Positions 1-9,218 of a stretch of DNA of 64,000 nucleotides are shown one piece after another. The stretch comes from Myxococcota bacterium (GTDB lineage: Bacteria > Myxococcota_A > UBA796 > CAJQPC01), in the NCBI GenBank assembly GCA_036012755.1, contig DASCPX010000137.1:130456-194455 (forward strand), given 5' to 3'. How positions within the stretch are numbered: position 1 is the first letter of the stretch; each line of letters starts with the position of its first letter. A program made the position numbers and the translations under genes. The notes below the pieces were generated by a model. The model had not been told where the DNA came from, ran no database searches, and was given only the letters and a program-made list of their open reading frames with translations.

Positions 1-183
1 TGGGGCCTCGCAGCTGGCGGGGAGCGTCGTCCACTCGATCGGCTCGCCGGTGTCGCCGGTGTCATCTCCAGGGAGAGACGTGTCGTCCTCTTCTCGAGAG
101 CCGGGCACGCAGGTGCCTTCGGCGGTCAGCAGCTCGTCTGGGGCGCAAGGGTGGCTGGAGCAGCTCAGGGACAACAGAAGCAT
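1..183 (-). CDS. Lipoprotein, 5' part only (runs off window start)
   Basis: Manual translation from ATG at 183: MLLLSLSCSSHPCAPDELLTAEGTCVPG...DTGDTGEPIEWTTLPASCEAP, open to position 1. Confidence 0.6.
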   Translation of the reverse strand, partial: MLLLSLSCSSHPCAPDELLTAEGTCVPGSREEDDTSLPGDDTGDTGEPIEWTTLPASCEAP

Positions 184-268
184 GCCCGGAGGATGCCACC
201 GGGGGCACTGGGTTTCGCAGCTCGTAATGCCCGAGACACTCCGATCCGATTCCCTGTCCGGAGGCTAC

Positions 269-955
269 ATGCCCGTGTTTCTCGTGCTCCTCGCCGCCTG
301 CGGCTCAGACTCCGGTGATGTCGCCACTGCCACGATCGCCCCTGTCGCGGGTCACATCCGCCTCGCCCCGGTCTCCGAGCCCCTGGTGCTCGGCATCGAG
401 TTCGGCGAGGTCGACCCGAGCGAGGTCCGCGTCGAGTGGTCCCCAGAGGGTGAGGACACAGAGGCTGTCGCCGAGGTCGTCACCGCCGAGAGCGAGGGAG
501 TCGTCGCTGTCGTATCGGACTTCGTCGAAGACGTCGGTGCGCGCTGGAAGGACGACTCGGCGCCCGAGCCCGCCGCGATCGTGGTCGAGGAGGTCGCTGA
601 GGCCGTGGTCGCACCGGAGACGGTCGTCGAAGCACCAAAGGTGGACGTCCTCGCCCAGCTGCTGGGCACCGACCCCCTCGCGGAGATGTCCGTCGACCAG
701 GTCATCCGGCGCTACTCCAGCCAGGCCCAGTACTGCCACGAGACCGCGAAGGAGCGCTACTCCGAGATCGAGGGCCGCGTCAGTGTTGCCTGGACGGTCG
801 AGGCCGGCGTCGTGAAGGACGTCGAGATCCTCGACGACACCACCGGCGATCCCCAGATGGCCGGCTGCGTGGCGCGCAAGGTCAGGTACTGGCGCTTCCC
901 AGCTGGGATGGACGCCGAGGTGGAGCATCCCTTCGTCTTCCAGCGGGCGATCTAG
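269..955 (+). CDS. Lipoprotein with C-terminal AgmX/PglI-like (TonB-C-like) domain
   Basis: GGAGG SD before ATG 269; LLAAC lipobox; C-terminal 'QYCHE..IEGRVSVAWTV..G.V..VEI...TGD....GCV...VRYWRFP.....VEHPFVF'. Confidence 0.7.
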   Translation: MPVFLVLLAACGSDSGDVATATIAPVAGHIRLAPVSEPLVLGIEFGEVDPSEVRVEWSPEGEDTEAVAEVVTAESEGVVAVVSDFVEDVGARWKDDSAPEPAAIVVEEVAEAVVAPETVVEAPKVDVLAQLLGTDPLAEMSVDQVIRRYSSQAQYCHETAKERYSEIEGRVSVAWTVEAGVVKDVEILDDTTGDPQMAGCVARKVRYWRFPAGMDAEVEHPFVFQRAI

Positions 956-1347
956 GGTCTCCTGAAGACCAGTCGTACGTCGAGCGCCCCGGCCTCGAAG
1001 CGCCCGACCTCGCAGCGAAAGCCCTCTTCGTCCGGCACCAGCCGCACCACCGGACCGAGGCCGCTCGGCACCCAGTGGAAGCCGCCGCCTTCTCGCGGGA
1101 GCACCGCGTGGACATCGGCGATGCCCTCGCTGGTGAAGTGGTGCACGACGAGGTCGCCGTCTTCGCCGACACCGTAGAGGCAGAGGTCGCTGTAGCCGTC
1201 GATGACCTCTGTGTACTCGATCCATGCCCCGTCGAGGATGGCCCTGACCCGGGCTTCGCCGCGGACGGGGGAGAGGTGCACCACTCCGGTGACGACCCAC
1301 TCGCCGAGCATGAAGGACAGCGCTTCGAGCTTCTCGAGATGGGGCAT
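952..1347 (-). CDS. Hypothetical beta-barrel protein (DUF1579-like)
   Basis: 'KLEALSFMLGEW' N-terminus and 'ILDGAWI' strand pattern; converges on the upstream gene with overlapping stops. Confidence 0.5.
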   Translation of the reverse strand: MPHLEKLEALSFMLGEWVVTGVVHLSPVRGEARVRAILDGAWIEYTEVIDGYSDLCLYGVGEDGDLVVHHFTSEGIADVHAVLPREGGGFHWVPSGLGPVVRLVPDEEGFRCEVGRFEAGALDVRLVFRRP

Positions 1348-1373
1348 GCCGGCTTTGTCGATAATGTGCCCCC

Positions 1374-2729
1374 ATGCCGCGCGCCCCAATGCTTCTGTTG
1401 CTCGCCGGAGCCGCCCTCGCTGCAGATCATCGTGGCTGGACCGAGGGCACGCCGGCGGCGGGTACGGGGGCCCTGCTGGCGCCGCGGGATCCGATCCCTG
1501 TCGAGCTGCCCGCCTGGGTCGTCGAGCGGGTCGCGGGGCCCACCTTCGTCTACTACTTCTCTCCAGCCTGCCCCCACTGCCAGGCCACTATCGGCGAGGT
1601 CGTCGAGCTCTCGGCGAAGACCCCGGGCGTGAGCTTCATCGGCATCTCGACCGGGCGCGCGACCGAGGAAGAGGTCAGCCGGTTCAAGGCAGACAACGGC
1701 GTCGAGTTCGACATCCTGATCGACCAGCCCCAGGGCTTCGCCTACTCCCTGGGCGCTCGCTCGACGCCGACGGTCCTGGTCCTCGAGCCCGCAGGGTCCG
1801 GCGTGGTCGCCACGGACTACTACGGACCCTGGGTCCAGGGGAACTCGCTCTTGTTCCAGATGCGGAGAACCCCGGAGATGGCCTTCGCGATGTTCGAGGA
1901 GGACGTGTACCAGGGGGACTCCGTCTGCGGCGCCTGCCACACGGAGGAGGCTCGCAGCCTCTCGCTCACCCACCACGCCATCGCCTACCAGACCATCTAC
2001 ATGCACGACGACCAGGACGACCCGGAGTGCGTCGCCTGCCACGTCACCGGGCTCGGCGCCCAGAGCGGCTTCCAGCTCGGCGAGCACGACAGCATCCTCG
2101 CCGGGGTCGGGTGCGAGGCCTGCCATTCCCCGGGCGGTCCCCACGATGGCGCGGTCGTCGACCCCCGGACCGCCTGCGTCGCCTGCCACGACGCGGAGCA
2201 CAGCATCGCGTTCTCGGTCGAGAAGGGCCTCCCCCACATCGACCACTTCAGGGCGAACGCAATGACCGATGCCCAGCTCCACGCTCGGTGGATGGAGCTC
2301 GCCACGGGCGAAGCCGCCCGGCCGCTGTTGGCCTTTCCGGAGGGCAGGAACCTGGGCCCGTCAGCCTGTGTGTCCTGCCACGAATCAGAGGTCGCCGCCT
2401 GGGAGGAGTCCAGCCACGGCGAGGCCATCGAGTCGCTCTCGCGCAAGGAGCGGAGACAGCTCGACTGCGTGCGCTGCCACGGGACCCCGTCCTCCAGCGG
2501 CGCGCCGCCTGCCAGCGTCGAGGACTACAGCGCCGGTGTCGGCTGCGAGAGCTGCCATGGGCCGGGAGAGGCCCACGTGGAGGCGCCGTCCTCGTCGAAC
2601 ATCCAGGGCCTGGGCGAGAGCTGCGCGGAGTGCGTCATACAAGCGGTCTGTACGAGCTGCCACGACAAGGAGTGGGACGCCGCCTGGAGCCTGGAGGCAC
2701 GCATGGAGTCCATCAAGGGCCACAAGTGA
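1374..2729 (+). CDS. Exported redoxin (TlpA/AhpC-like) fused to an octaheme cytochrome c (two c554-like tetraheme modules)
   Basis: Signal peptide; 'YFSPACPHC' and 'STPT' thioredoxin motifs; 8 CxxCH (CGACH, CVACH, CEACH, CVACH, CVSCH, CVRCH, CESCH, CTSCH). Confidence 0.85.
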   Translation: MPRAPMLLLLAGAALAADHRGWTEGTPAAGTGALLAPRDPIPVELPAWVVERVAGPTFVYYFSPACPHCQATIGEVVELSAKTPGVSFIGISTGRATEEEVSRFKADNGVEFDILIDQPQGFAYSLGARSTPTVLVLEPAGSGVVATDYYGPWVQGNSLLFQMRRTPEMAFAMFEEDVYQGDSVCGACHTEEARSLSLTHHAIAYQTIYMHDDQDDPECVACHVTGLGAQSGFQLGEHDSILAGVGCEACHSPGGPHDGAVVDPRTACVACHDAEHSIAFSVEKGLPHIDHFRANAMTDAQLHARWMELATGEAARPLLAFPEGRNLGPSACVSCHESEVAAWEESSHGEAIESLSRKERRQLDCVRCHGTPSSSGAPPASVEDYSAGVGCESCHGPGEAHVEAPSSSNIQGLGESCAECVIQAVCTSCHDKEWDAAWSLEARMESIKGHK

Positions 2730-3463
2730 CGGCGCTCGAGCTGCTGCTCCTGGCATTGGTCGGACTGGTCGCCGGCACGGTCAACACGATCGCAGGGGGT
2801 GGTTCGTTCATCACGCTCGCGGCGATGCTGTGGATGGGGCTGCCCCCGGTCGTCGCGAACGCCACGAACCGGGTCGGGGTCGTGGTGCAGTCGGGCGCGG
2901 CCACCGTCCAGTTCCACCGCGAGGGCCAGCTCCAGACCGGGGGCCTCGTGGCGGGGGGTGTCGCCGCTTGCGCGGGCGCGCTGATCGGCGCCTGGGTCTC
3001 CCTCGAGCTCGACGAGGAGCTCTTCGAGCGGCTCATCGGTGTGATCATGCTGGCCTTCGTGCCGGTCCTGCTCCTGCGCCCGAAGCGGTGGCTCCAGGGT
3101 GCAGAGAAGGCTGCTCGTCCCTGGCTCCTCGTCCCGGCGCTCTTTGCGCTGGGCGTCTATGGTGGGCTGCTGCAGGCCGGCGTCGGCATCTTCCTGCTCG
3201 CGGCGCTGGTGCTGCTCGGGGGACACGACCTGGTGAGGGCCAACGCCCGCAAGGCCCTCGTCGTGATGCTCTTCACGATCCCGGCGCTGCTGCTGTTCGT
3301 GTGGCAGGACCAGGTCTTGTGGCTCGCCGCCATCGTGCTGTCCCTCGGCTCCGCCCTCGGCGGCTGGCTGGGCACGAAGCTCACGGTGAGGTGGGGCCCT
3401 GGCTTCGTCCGAGTCGTGCTGATCCTGGTGATCGCGGTGAGCGCTGTCCGGCTGTTGCTCTGA
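2726..3463 (+). CDS. TauE/SafE family (sulfite exporter-like) membrane protein
   Basis: GTGA overlap with previous stop; 'AGTVNTIAGGGSFIT..MLWMGLPPVVANATN' and 'YGGLLQAGVGIFL' repeats. Confidence 0.9.
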   Translation: MTALELLLLALVGLVAGTVNTIAGGGSFITLAAMLWMGLPPVVANATNRVGVVVQSGAATVQFHREGQLQTGGLVAGGVAACAGALIGAWVSLELDEELFERLIGVIMLAFVPVLLLRPKRWLQGAEKAARPWLLVPALFALGVYGGLLQAGVGIFLLAALVLLGGHDLVRANARKALVVMLFTIPALLLFVWQDQVLWLAAIVLSLGSALGGWLGTKLTVRWGPGFVRVVLILVIAVSAVRLLL

Positions 3464-3500
3464 ACCCGCGAACGCTGCTCTGGCGAGATAGGCTCGATGG

Positions 3501-3974
3501 ATGGTGCTCGCCCTCCTGCTGGCCTGCGCGAAGGACGCGCCCGATGCAGAGCGGTGGCTTGAGCTGGGTGCTGGGCTGGACAGCTACGCGACCCTGGACG
3601 CCAGCGACGAGGTGGAGATCGTGTTGGGACCGCAGGGCGGGTACATGATCGCCCTGGCGCTGCAAGCCGTCGGGGTGGAGGGCGGCGACCCGCTGGACCC
3701 GACGGTCCCGGACAATCCCCGCACGACCTTCCAGTCCTACCTCCCCTCCCAGCCGGACGCGATCGGCAGCATCACCGTGGCGCTGGGCCTGACCCGGGTC
3801 GACGACGAGGTCCACGAGCTCGTCGGTGTGTGGCTGATCTTCAACCCCGAGCTCCCGCTGGAGGACTACTTCGACCAGGAGATCGCCGTCACGGTGGACA
3901 TCGTGGACGAGGCAGGCAGCCTTCACGACGAGGAGACCGTCCTCGCCGTGTGGCCCGGTGACTCAGGGCTCTGA
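3501..3974 (+). CDS. Hypothetical lipoprotein
   Basis: MVLALLLAC lipobox; 'IVLGPQGGYMI' motif seen in myxobacterial lipoproteins. Confidence 0.7.
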   Translation: MVLALLLACAKDAPDAERWLELGAGLDSYATLDASDEVEIVLGPQGGYMIALALQAVGVEGGDPLDPTVPDNPRTTFQSYLPSQPDAIGSITVALGLTRVDDEVHELVGVWLIFNPELPLEDYFDQEIAVTVDIVDEAGSLHDEETVLAVWPGDSGL

Positions 3975-4556
3975 GACCTCGACGTCGACCCAGGTGTAGT
4001 AGTCCGGGGCGTTCACGACGATGCCAAGCTGTCCGCCCGTGAGGTTCGTGACCCTCATCAGCAGGAAGTCGTCCGGGCCGGGTTCGCCCGCGGCAGCTGG
4101 CGCGGACCAGCAGGCCTCGAAGGGCACGTAGCCCTGCTCTCCCTCCTCCTCGTCGTCGATGGAGAACATCTCGATGAGCTCGTCGTCGCGAACCAGGAAG
4201 AGCTCGTAGCGCGCCACCAGGCCGGGCTCGTCGACGCGGGCGATGTGGACGGACACCAACCCGGTGATGGGGTCGAGCACGGGGTAGGTCCACTCGACGA
4301 GGGCCCCGGCGCTGAGCAGGAAGTGATCCCCGGTCGCGATGTCCGTGCGGTGCTCGTCGATCCCGTAGCGTCCGTCTGCATCCGGCGTGGCCGAGCCTCC
4401 CTGGACATAGAGCCGGTGCCAGCCGGTTCCTTCCAGGGCGTCTGCCGGGCTCTTCTCGTAGACCAGGGGCAGCTCGCACTCGGCGGGCTCCGGAGGCGCA
4501 GACAAGTCCGGATCCGTCCTGCAGCCGGGCGAAAGCGAGAGTAGGATTCCGACCAA
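3963..4556 (-). CDS. Hypothetical exported/lipoprotein
   Basis: Acidic beta-rich ORF with hydrophobic N-terminus and Cys; start uncertain. Confidence 0.6.
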   Translation of the reverse strand: MVGILLSLSPGCRTDPDLSAPPEPAECELPLVYEKSPADALEGTGWHRLYVQGGSATPDADGRYGIDEHRTDIATGDHFLLSAGALVEWTYPVLDPITGLVSVHIARVDEPGLVARYELFLVRDDELIEMFSIDDEEEGEQGYVPFEACWSAPAAAGEPGPDDFLLMRVTNLTGGQLGIVVNAPDYYTWVDVEVSEP

Positions 4557-4591
4557 GCGATCACCTATCCGTCTGGTGCCGAAGAGGCCTC

Positions 4592-5512
4592 ATGAAACCA
4601 AGCCGCCGGCACCTGCTCGCGGGTAGCGCCAGCCTCGCCGCGCTCAGCGCCGTGGGCTGCAAGTCCCCAGACTCCCCGCCGGTCACAGACAGCGCCGGCG
4701 ACTCCACCACGATCGACACCGGCCCGCTGCCCGACCTCGGCGAGCCAGAGGTCGGCTCGGAGCTGTGGCAGACGATGGCGGCCTACGTGCGCGCCAGCGC
4801 CGACGGTGAGATCGGCGGCCGCGTGAACCTCTTCAACCCCGCCGCGGTGCCTCATCGCGTCGTGGTCCAGGTCTTCACGCTCTACGGCCAGCTCGTGGCG
4901 CGAGAGGAGATCTCCGCCCTCGGCGCCGAGCTCTCCGACCACGTCGAGCTGCACGACCTGCTCGAGCGGAACGATGTGCCGCTGCCCTTCGAGGGCCACC
5001 TCTGGGTGGGGGCGACCCCCGAGTCCGGCAGGAGCTTCATGGGCCTGCAGGGCATCATCTTCGACTGGTACGGGCCCGCGCACATCGCCTCCGTCCACGG
5101 TATGCGGGATTTCGGCAACTCCAACTCCGACTCCAGCTGGTCGGACCTCATCCTGCCCAAGGTGATCAGCACCGAGCGCTACGTCTCCCGGGTCGCCATC
5201 GTGAACGCGACCGCTGACGGCGTCTCAGAGGGACTCAACGCGCGGCCGCAGGTGATCATCAGGGACGACGAGGGCGAGGAGCTCGTCAACTTGGAGCTCG
5301 ATGAGCTCCCGCCCTACTGCGCGACGATCTTCACGGTGGACGAGCTGCCTGGCGGCGACGCGCTGTCCATCGGCAGCATCCAGATCCTCGAGCCGGAGGC
5401 CGGGCTCGTCGCCATGGCCTTCCTCGTCGATCGCGACAACGACGGCTTCGTCTCGGCGGATCACTTCTTCGACCGCCACTTCGTCACCCACCTCGCCGGC
5501 TTCGTCGGCTGA
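4592..5512 (+). CDS. Tat-exported lipoprotein, unknown function
   Basis: 'SRRHLL' twin-arginine motif, 'AVGC' lipobox, SD GAGG. Confidence 0.75.
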   Translation: MKPSRRHLLAGSASLAALSAVGCKSPDSPPVTDSAGDSTTIDTGPLPDLGEPEVGSELWQTMAAYVRASADGEIGGRVNLFNPAAVPHRVVVQVFTLYGQLVAREEISALGAELSDHVELHDLLERNDVPLPFEGHLWVGATPESGRSFMGLQGIIFDWYGPAHIASVHGMRDFGNSNSDSSWSDLILPKVISTERYVSRVAIVNATADGVSEGLNARPQVIIRDDEGEELVNLELDELPPYCATIFTVDELPGGDALSIGSIQILEPEAGLVAMAFLVDRDNDGFVSADHFFDRHFVTHLAGFVG

Positions 5513-5523
5513 AAGGAGCGAAC

Positions 5524-6369
5524 ATGGCTGATGCCGTGACCCTGGCCCGCTTCTGGCAGCTCTACGAGTCCGGGTACCTGCCCTCGGTAGGCTCGTGGGT
5601 GCAGGTGGCGCCTGACTCGGACCTCACCACGGTGCTCAACGCCTTCAACTCCCTCGGCGAACAGCAGCTGGAGATCTTCCTCATCGACCAGTCCGGGAGC
5701 ACGGTGGTCTGGCACGTGCCGGACCCGCTGGCGACCAACAAGACGCTTCGGATCGACCTCGAGACGATCATCCCGGCTGAGTCCCTGCCATTCGAGGGTG
5801 CGGTCTGGGTCTGGGCCCTCGGCGACAGCTCTGAGGGCAGCATCGGCCTGCAGGCCATCGACCTGGACTTCGTGGATCGGACCCGCCCAGAGGGCCACAG
5901 CGCCGGCAGCGTGCACATCGTCTTCGACTTCATCAACACGCTGTCGATGGGTCCCTTCATGGACTACGTCTCGCCGCGGGTGCTGGTCGACGCGACCCCC
6001 GAGGGGAGCCAGCGGTACCAGAACTACCTGGGCGTGGCGCACATCCCGCTGGAGCTGGGGACCGCAGGCATGGAGCTCGAGATCTCCCTCACGAACGAGG
6101 CCGGCGAGACCCAGACCGCGGATCCGATCGAGCTGGAATCGATGGGTTCGTGGTTCGGTAGCCTGGAGGCGCTGTTCCCCGGGATGCCGGAGTTCCTGGC
6201 CCGTGACGGAGAGGACCGCGGCTACGGCACCGTCAACGTGCGCGAGGCCAACGGACGAACGACGGGGCTGGCAGGCATGTTGAAGGTGGTCGATGTCGTC
6301 AACAGCTCGCTGATGGTCAACCACCTCAACGATCGCAACTTCGCGCGGCCGGCCATGAAGGAAGACTGA
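5524..6369 (+). CDS. Signal-less paralog of the upstream Tat lipoprotein
   Basis: AGGAG SD; collinear shared motifs with 4592..5512 (NxFN, LPFEGxxWV, GLQ, SVH, RY, HxxDRxF). Confidence 0.75.
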   Translation: MADAVTLARFWQLYESGYLPSVGSWVQVAPDSDLTTVLNAFNSLGEQQLEIFLIDQSGSTVVWHVPDPLATNKTLRIDLETIIPAESLPFEGAVWVWALGDSSEGSIGLQAIDLDFVDRTRPEGHSAGSVHIVFDFINTLSMGPFMDYVSPRVLVDATPEGSQRYQNYLGVAHIPLELGTAGMELEISLTNEAGETQTADPIELESMGSWFGSLEALFPGMPEFLARDGEDRGYGTVNVREANGRTTGLAGMLKVVDVVNSSLMVNHLNDRNFARPAMKED

Positions 6370-6430
6370 GGGTCGGACCGCGTGACATCGCCGAGGCTCC
6401 TCGCTCCTCTCCTGCAACCGAGGAGTCGAG

Positions 6431-7500
6431 ATGCCGCGTGTCGCCGTCGTTGGGACCGGGCCCGCCGGGCTTGCTGCCGCAGAGCGCCTGGCCGAAGAGG
6501 GCCTGGAGGTCACGCTCTTCACGCTGGGGCACCACCTCGACGGCAAGGCATGCAGCTGGGAGATCGAGGGCGGGCGCACCGTCGAGCACGGACAGCACGT
6601 GCTCCTGGGCTTCTACGAGGAGCTGCCGGCGCTGTTGGCCAGGGCGGGCGTCGACGCTCGCGAGACCACCGTCTCGAACCGGGGCCACTACCGGATCTTC
6701 GAGGATCGGGACGGCGAGGCCCACCACCTCTACCTGGGGGAGTGCTCCCCGGGATCCCTGGTTCGAGGTCTCCGGTACACGGGCTTCACCGCCGCGGAGC
6801 TAGCGAAGTTCTCGGTGTTCTTCGCCTCTGTCGCGCCCTCTGTGATGCTCGGCGTCCCCGAGGCCTGGTACGACATCTGTCTCTCCGCCTGGGCCCTGCA
6901 GAGGGGCTTTCCCCTCAGCCTGGTGACCACCAACGCCTTCCGGTCGAGCCGCGAGGCCCAGCTCAACTGGCCAGGGGAGATCTCGGCCTACTCGATGCTC
7001 AAGACCCTCCGCATCGTCGGGCGGGACTACACCAACGCAGAGGCCTGCATCCCGGCCGGCGGCATGAGCGCCATCTGGTGGGAGCCCATCGCCCGCCGCA
7101 TCGAGGCCCTTGGTGGCGAGCTCCGCCGGTACTCCAAGCTGGTCGGCATCGAGCACGACGACGGACGCCTGTCGGGCCTCACCTTCGCCTCGCCTCGGCC
7201 GCACGCCCCCGGCCAGCGCTACGTCGAGGGGACCATCCCCACGGTGCCCGGGAGCGAGTGGACAGAGGGGGGACTGGACGGCGCCGTGCTGACGCTCCCT
7301 GCGCCAGCCTTGCAGGAGGTCCTCGATCGAGACCCCGTCCTGCCCCACCTGCCCGAGCTGCGAGGCATCGCGCGGCTGAAGACCATCGCGCCTTTGGGCC
7401 TGCACGTCTGGCACCGGAACGCGGTCACGGAAGGACCCCTCCATCGGGGCCGCCCTGCACTTCGTCGGCCAGGAGACCTGCTTCGATGGCCTCACCCTCA
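6431..7500 (+). pseudogene. Truncated FAD-dependent oxidoreductase (HpnE/carotene desaturase-like amine oxidase family)
   Basis: GxGxxG 'VVGTGPAGLAAA' and 'VEHGQHVLLGFY'; the protein-like frame breaks near 7433 and the family C-terminal 'AGD' motif is missing. Confidence 0.65.
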
Positions 7501-7645
7501 CCTTCGGTCCCAGCCTGCTGCCGGTGGAGACTCGCTGGTGGACCGTGGGCCTGGCCGTGATGCCAGAGCTGGTCGTCCCCCTTCGACGGAGAGCCTGGAT
7601 GGACCGAGTGGGGTGTGGGCTTCACCGGCAGGCTGTAGACCTGGC

Positions 7646-7984
7646 TCAGGTGTCGTCGTCGTCGTTGCAGTTGGAGTCGATGCCGTCTCCGGGGGTCTCT
7701 TCGGCGTCAGGATGGATGTTGGCGTCCTCGTCGTTGCAGTCCTCGTTCGAGTCGTAGCCGTCGCCGTCCTCGTCCACCCGCCCGGTCTCGGCCACGCCAT
7801 AGAGCGCCACCACGTCGCCGCCGGTGTCCTTGTCGCCGCACGCCGCCAGGGCGAGGCCCAGGACCACCGCCACGCCCGGCAGGCGTGGATCGATGCTCCG
7901 GATGGAGACCCCACAGTGAGGGCAGCGGGGCTCGCTCTTCCGGTAGAAGCAGGCGCAGGAAGGACAGGGCAGCATCTGGGACAT
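7646..7984 (-). CDS. Small membrane/lipoprotein: zinc ribbon, TM/lipobox, ALYG motif, MopE-like metal-binding repeat; putative rSAM substrate
   Basis: CPSC...CPHC; VAVVLGLALAAC; DVVALYGV; 'DEDGDGY....DCNDEDANIHPDAEETPGDGIDSNCN'. Confidence 0.8.
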   Translation of the reverse strand: MSQMLPCPSCACFYRKSEPRCPHCGVSIRSIDPRLPGVAVVLGLALAACGDKDTGGDVVALYGVAETGRVDEDGDGYDSNEDCNDEDANIHPDAEETPGDGIDSNCNDDDDT

Positions 7985-8015
7985 GGCGACAGCATGCCAC
8001 CGCCCGACGGGCTGG

Positions 8016-9212
8016 TCAATCGAGTGGGAGGTCTTCGACGATCAGCTCGAAGCGACCGTGGTCGAAGGGGGCGCCGGTGGCCTGCTCGCAGCGCACCAGG
8101 CGCTCGCGCCGGCCCTGCCTCGCCAGCTCTGTGACCCGGTGGTAGCAGAAGGGGTTGTTGCCCCGGCGGCCAAGGACGGAGGTGCTCGTGGAGGGGCAGC
8201 CGGCCAGGCACACATCGCCGTAGTAGCAGCTGCCGCAGAAGCCCCAGAGCTGGCTCTGGTCCCGAGATCGGCAAGCCAGCACCGAGGGATCCTGCTCCCA
8301 GATCTGGCGCAGGGAGAGCTCGGAGAGCCGGCCGGTGCAGTAGTCCTCTGTGGGCATCGACAGGCAGGGCTTGACCTTGCCGTCGCTCTCCAGGCCGATC
8401 ACCCAAGTGCCCCCCTTGCAGCCAGGCCAGTGGGTGGCGCTGCCTCCCGGACGCGAGCGCAGCACGACCTCGTGGGGCCCGAAGTAGCCCACGTTGTCCC
8501 CGGCGAAGATGTCGAAGGGAGGACGGCCTGGCAGCTCGGGAGATCCCAGCTGGATGGCGGCGAGGCTGTCGATGACGGGCACGACCTCCCAGGGCTGCAG
8601 GAGCCAGTCGGGCGCGTCCGCCGCCCTGCCCATCGGCGAGGTCAGCTGGACCTGCCAGCCGTCCACGCCGTGGGCCCGCAGGAGCTCGGCCAGCTCCGGC
8701 AGCTGGTGCATGTTCAGGCGGTTCACCTGGGTATTGGCCGACACGGGGAGCCCCGCGGCCACCCCCGCGTCGAGGGCGCCGAGGGCCAGGTCGAAGCCGC
8801 CCGCCACCCTCCGCATGCGCTCGTGGGCGTCCCGCAGCCCGTCCACCGAGACCGCCAGCTGCCCGAGCCCGGCGGTCGCGAGGCGATGGGCCATGGCCAG
8901 GTCCAGGGCCCGACCGCCGGTGAGCACCGAGACGAAGACCCCGGCGTTCACCAGCCCCTCGATGATGAGCTCCAGGTCCTCTCGCAGGTAGGCCTCGCCC
9001 CCGATGAGGGTGACCTCGCGGCAGCCCAGCTCGGCCAGCTCGGCCACCACCTCCAGCGTCGCCGCCGTGTCCAACTCCCCGGGCTCCGGCAGCCCGGCGC
9101 GACTGCCGCAGTGGGCGCAGGCCTGGTCGCAGCGACGGGTCAGCTCCCACACGGCGTAGACAGGCACGGTCTGGGGCTGGCCGGGTCCTGGCCGCCGGCG
9201 GCTGCTGGGCAT
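8016..9212 (-). CDS. Radical SAM/SPASM peptide maturase, PlpX/nif11-class maturase 3 (splicease)-like
   Basis: 'YAVWELTRRCDQACAHCGSRAG', 'TLIGGEAYLRED'; SPASM 'GCKGG..LESDGKVKPC..CGSCYYGDVCLAGC..GRRGNNPFCYHR'. Confidence 0.85.
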   Translation of the reverse strand: MPSSRRRPGPGQPQTVPVYAVWELTRRCDQACAHCGSRAGLPEPGELDTAATLEVVAELAELGCREVTLIGGEAYLREDLELIIEGLVNAGVFVSVLTGGRALDLAMAHRLATAGLGQLAVSVDGLRDAHERMRRVAGGFDLALGALDAGVAAGLPVSANTQVNRLNMHQLPELAELLRAHGVDGWQVQLTSPMGRAADAPDWLLQPWEVVPVIDSLAAIQLGSPELPGRPPFDIFAGDNVGYFGPHEVVLRSRPGGSATHWPGCKGGTWVIGLESDGKVKPCLSMPTEDYCTGRLSELSLRQIWEQDPSVLACRSRDQSQLWGFCGSCYYGDVCLAGCPSTSTSVLGRRGNNPFCYHRVTELARQGRRERLVRCEQATGAPFDHGRFELIVEDLPLD

Positions 9213-9218
9213 CGTCGG

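Noticed and set aside
7500..8134. C-terminal 200 aa of the 567-aa ORF 6431..8134
   Set aside because: Read-through after the frame break, overlapping the antisense of the ALYG protein and rSAM genes.
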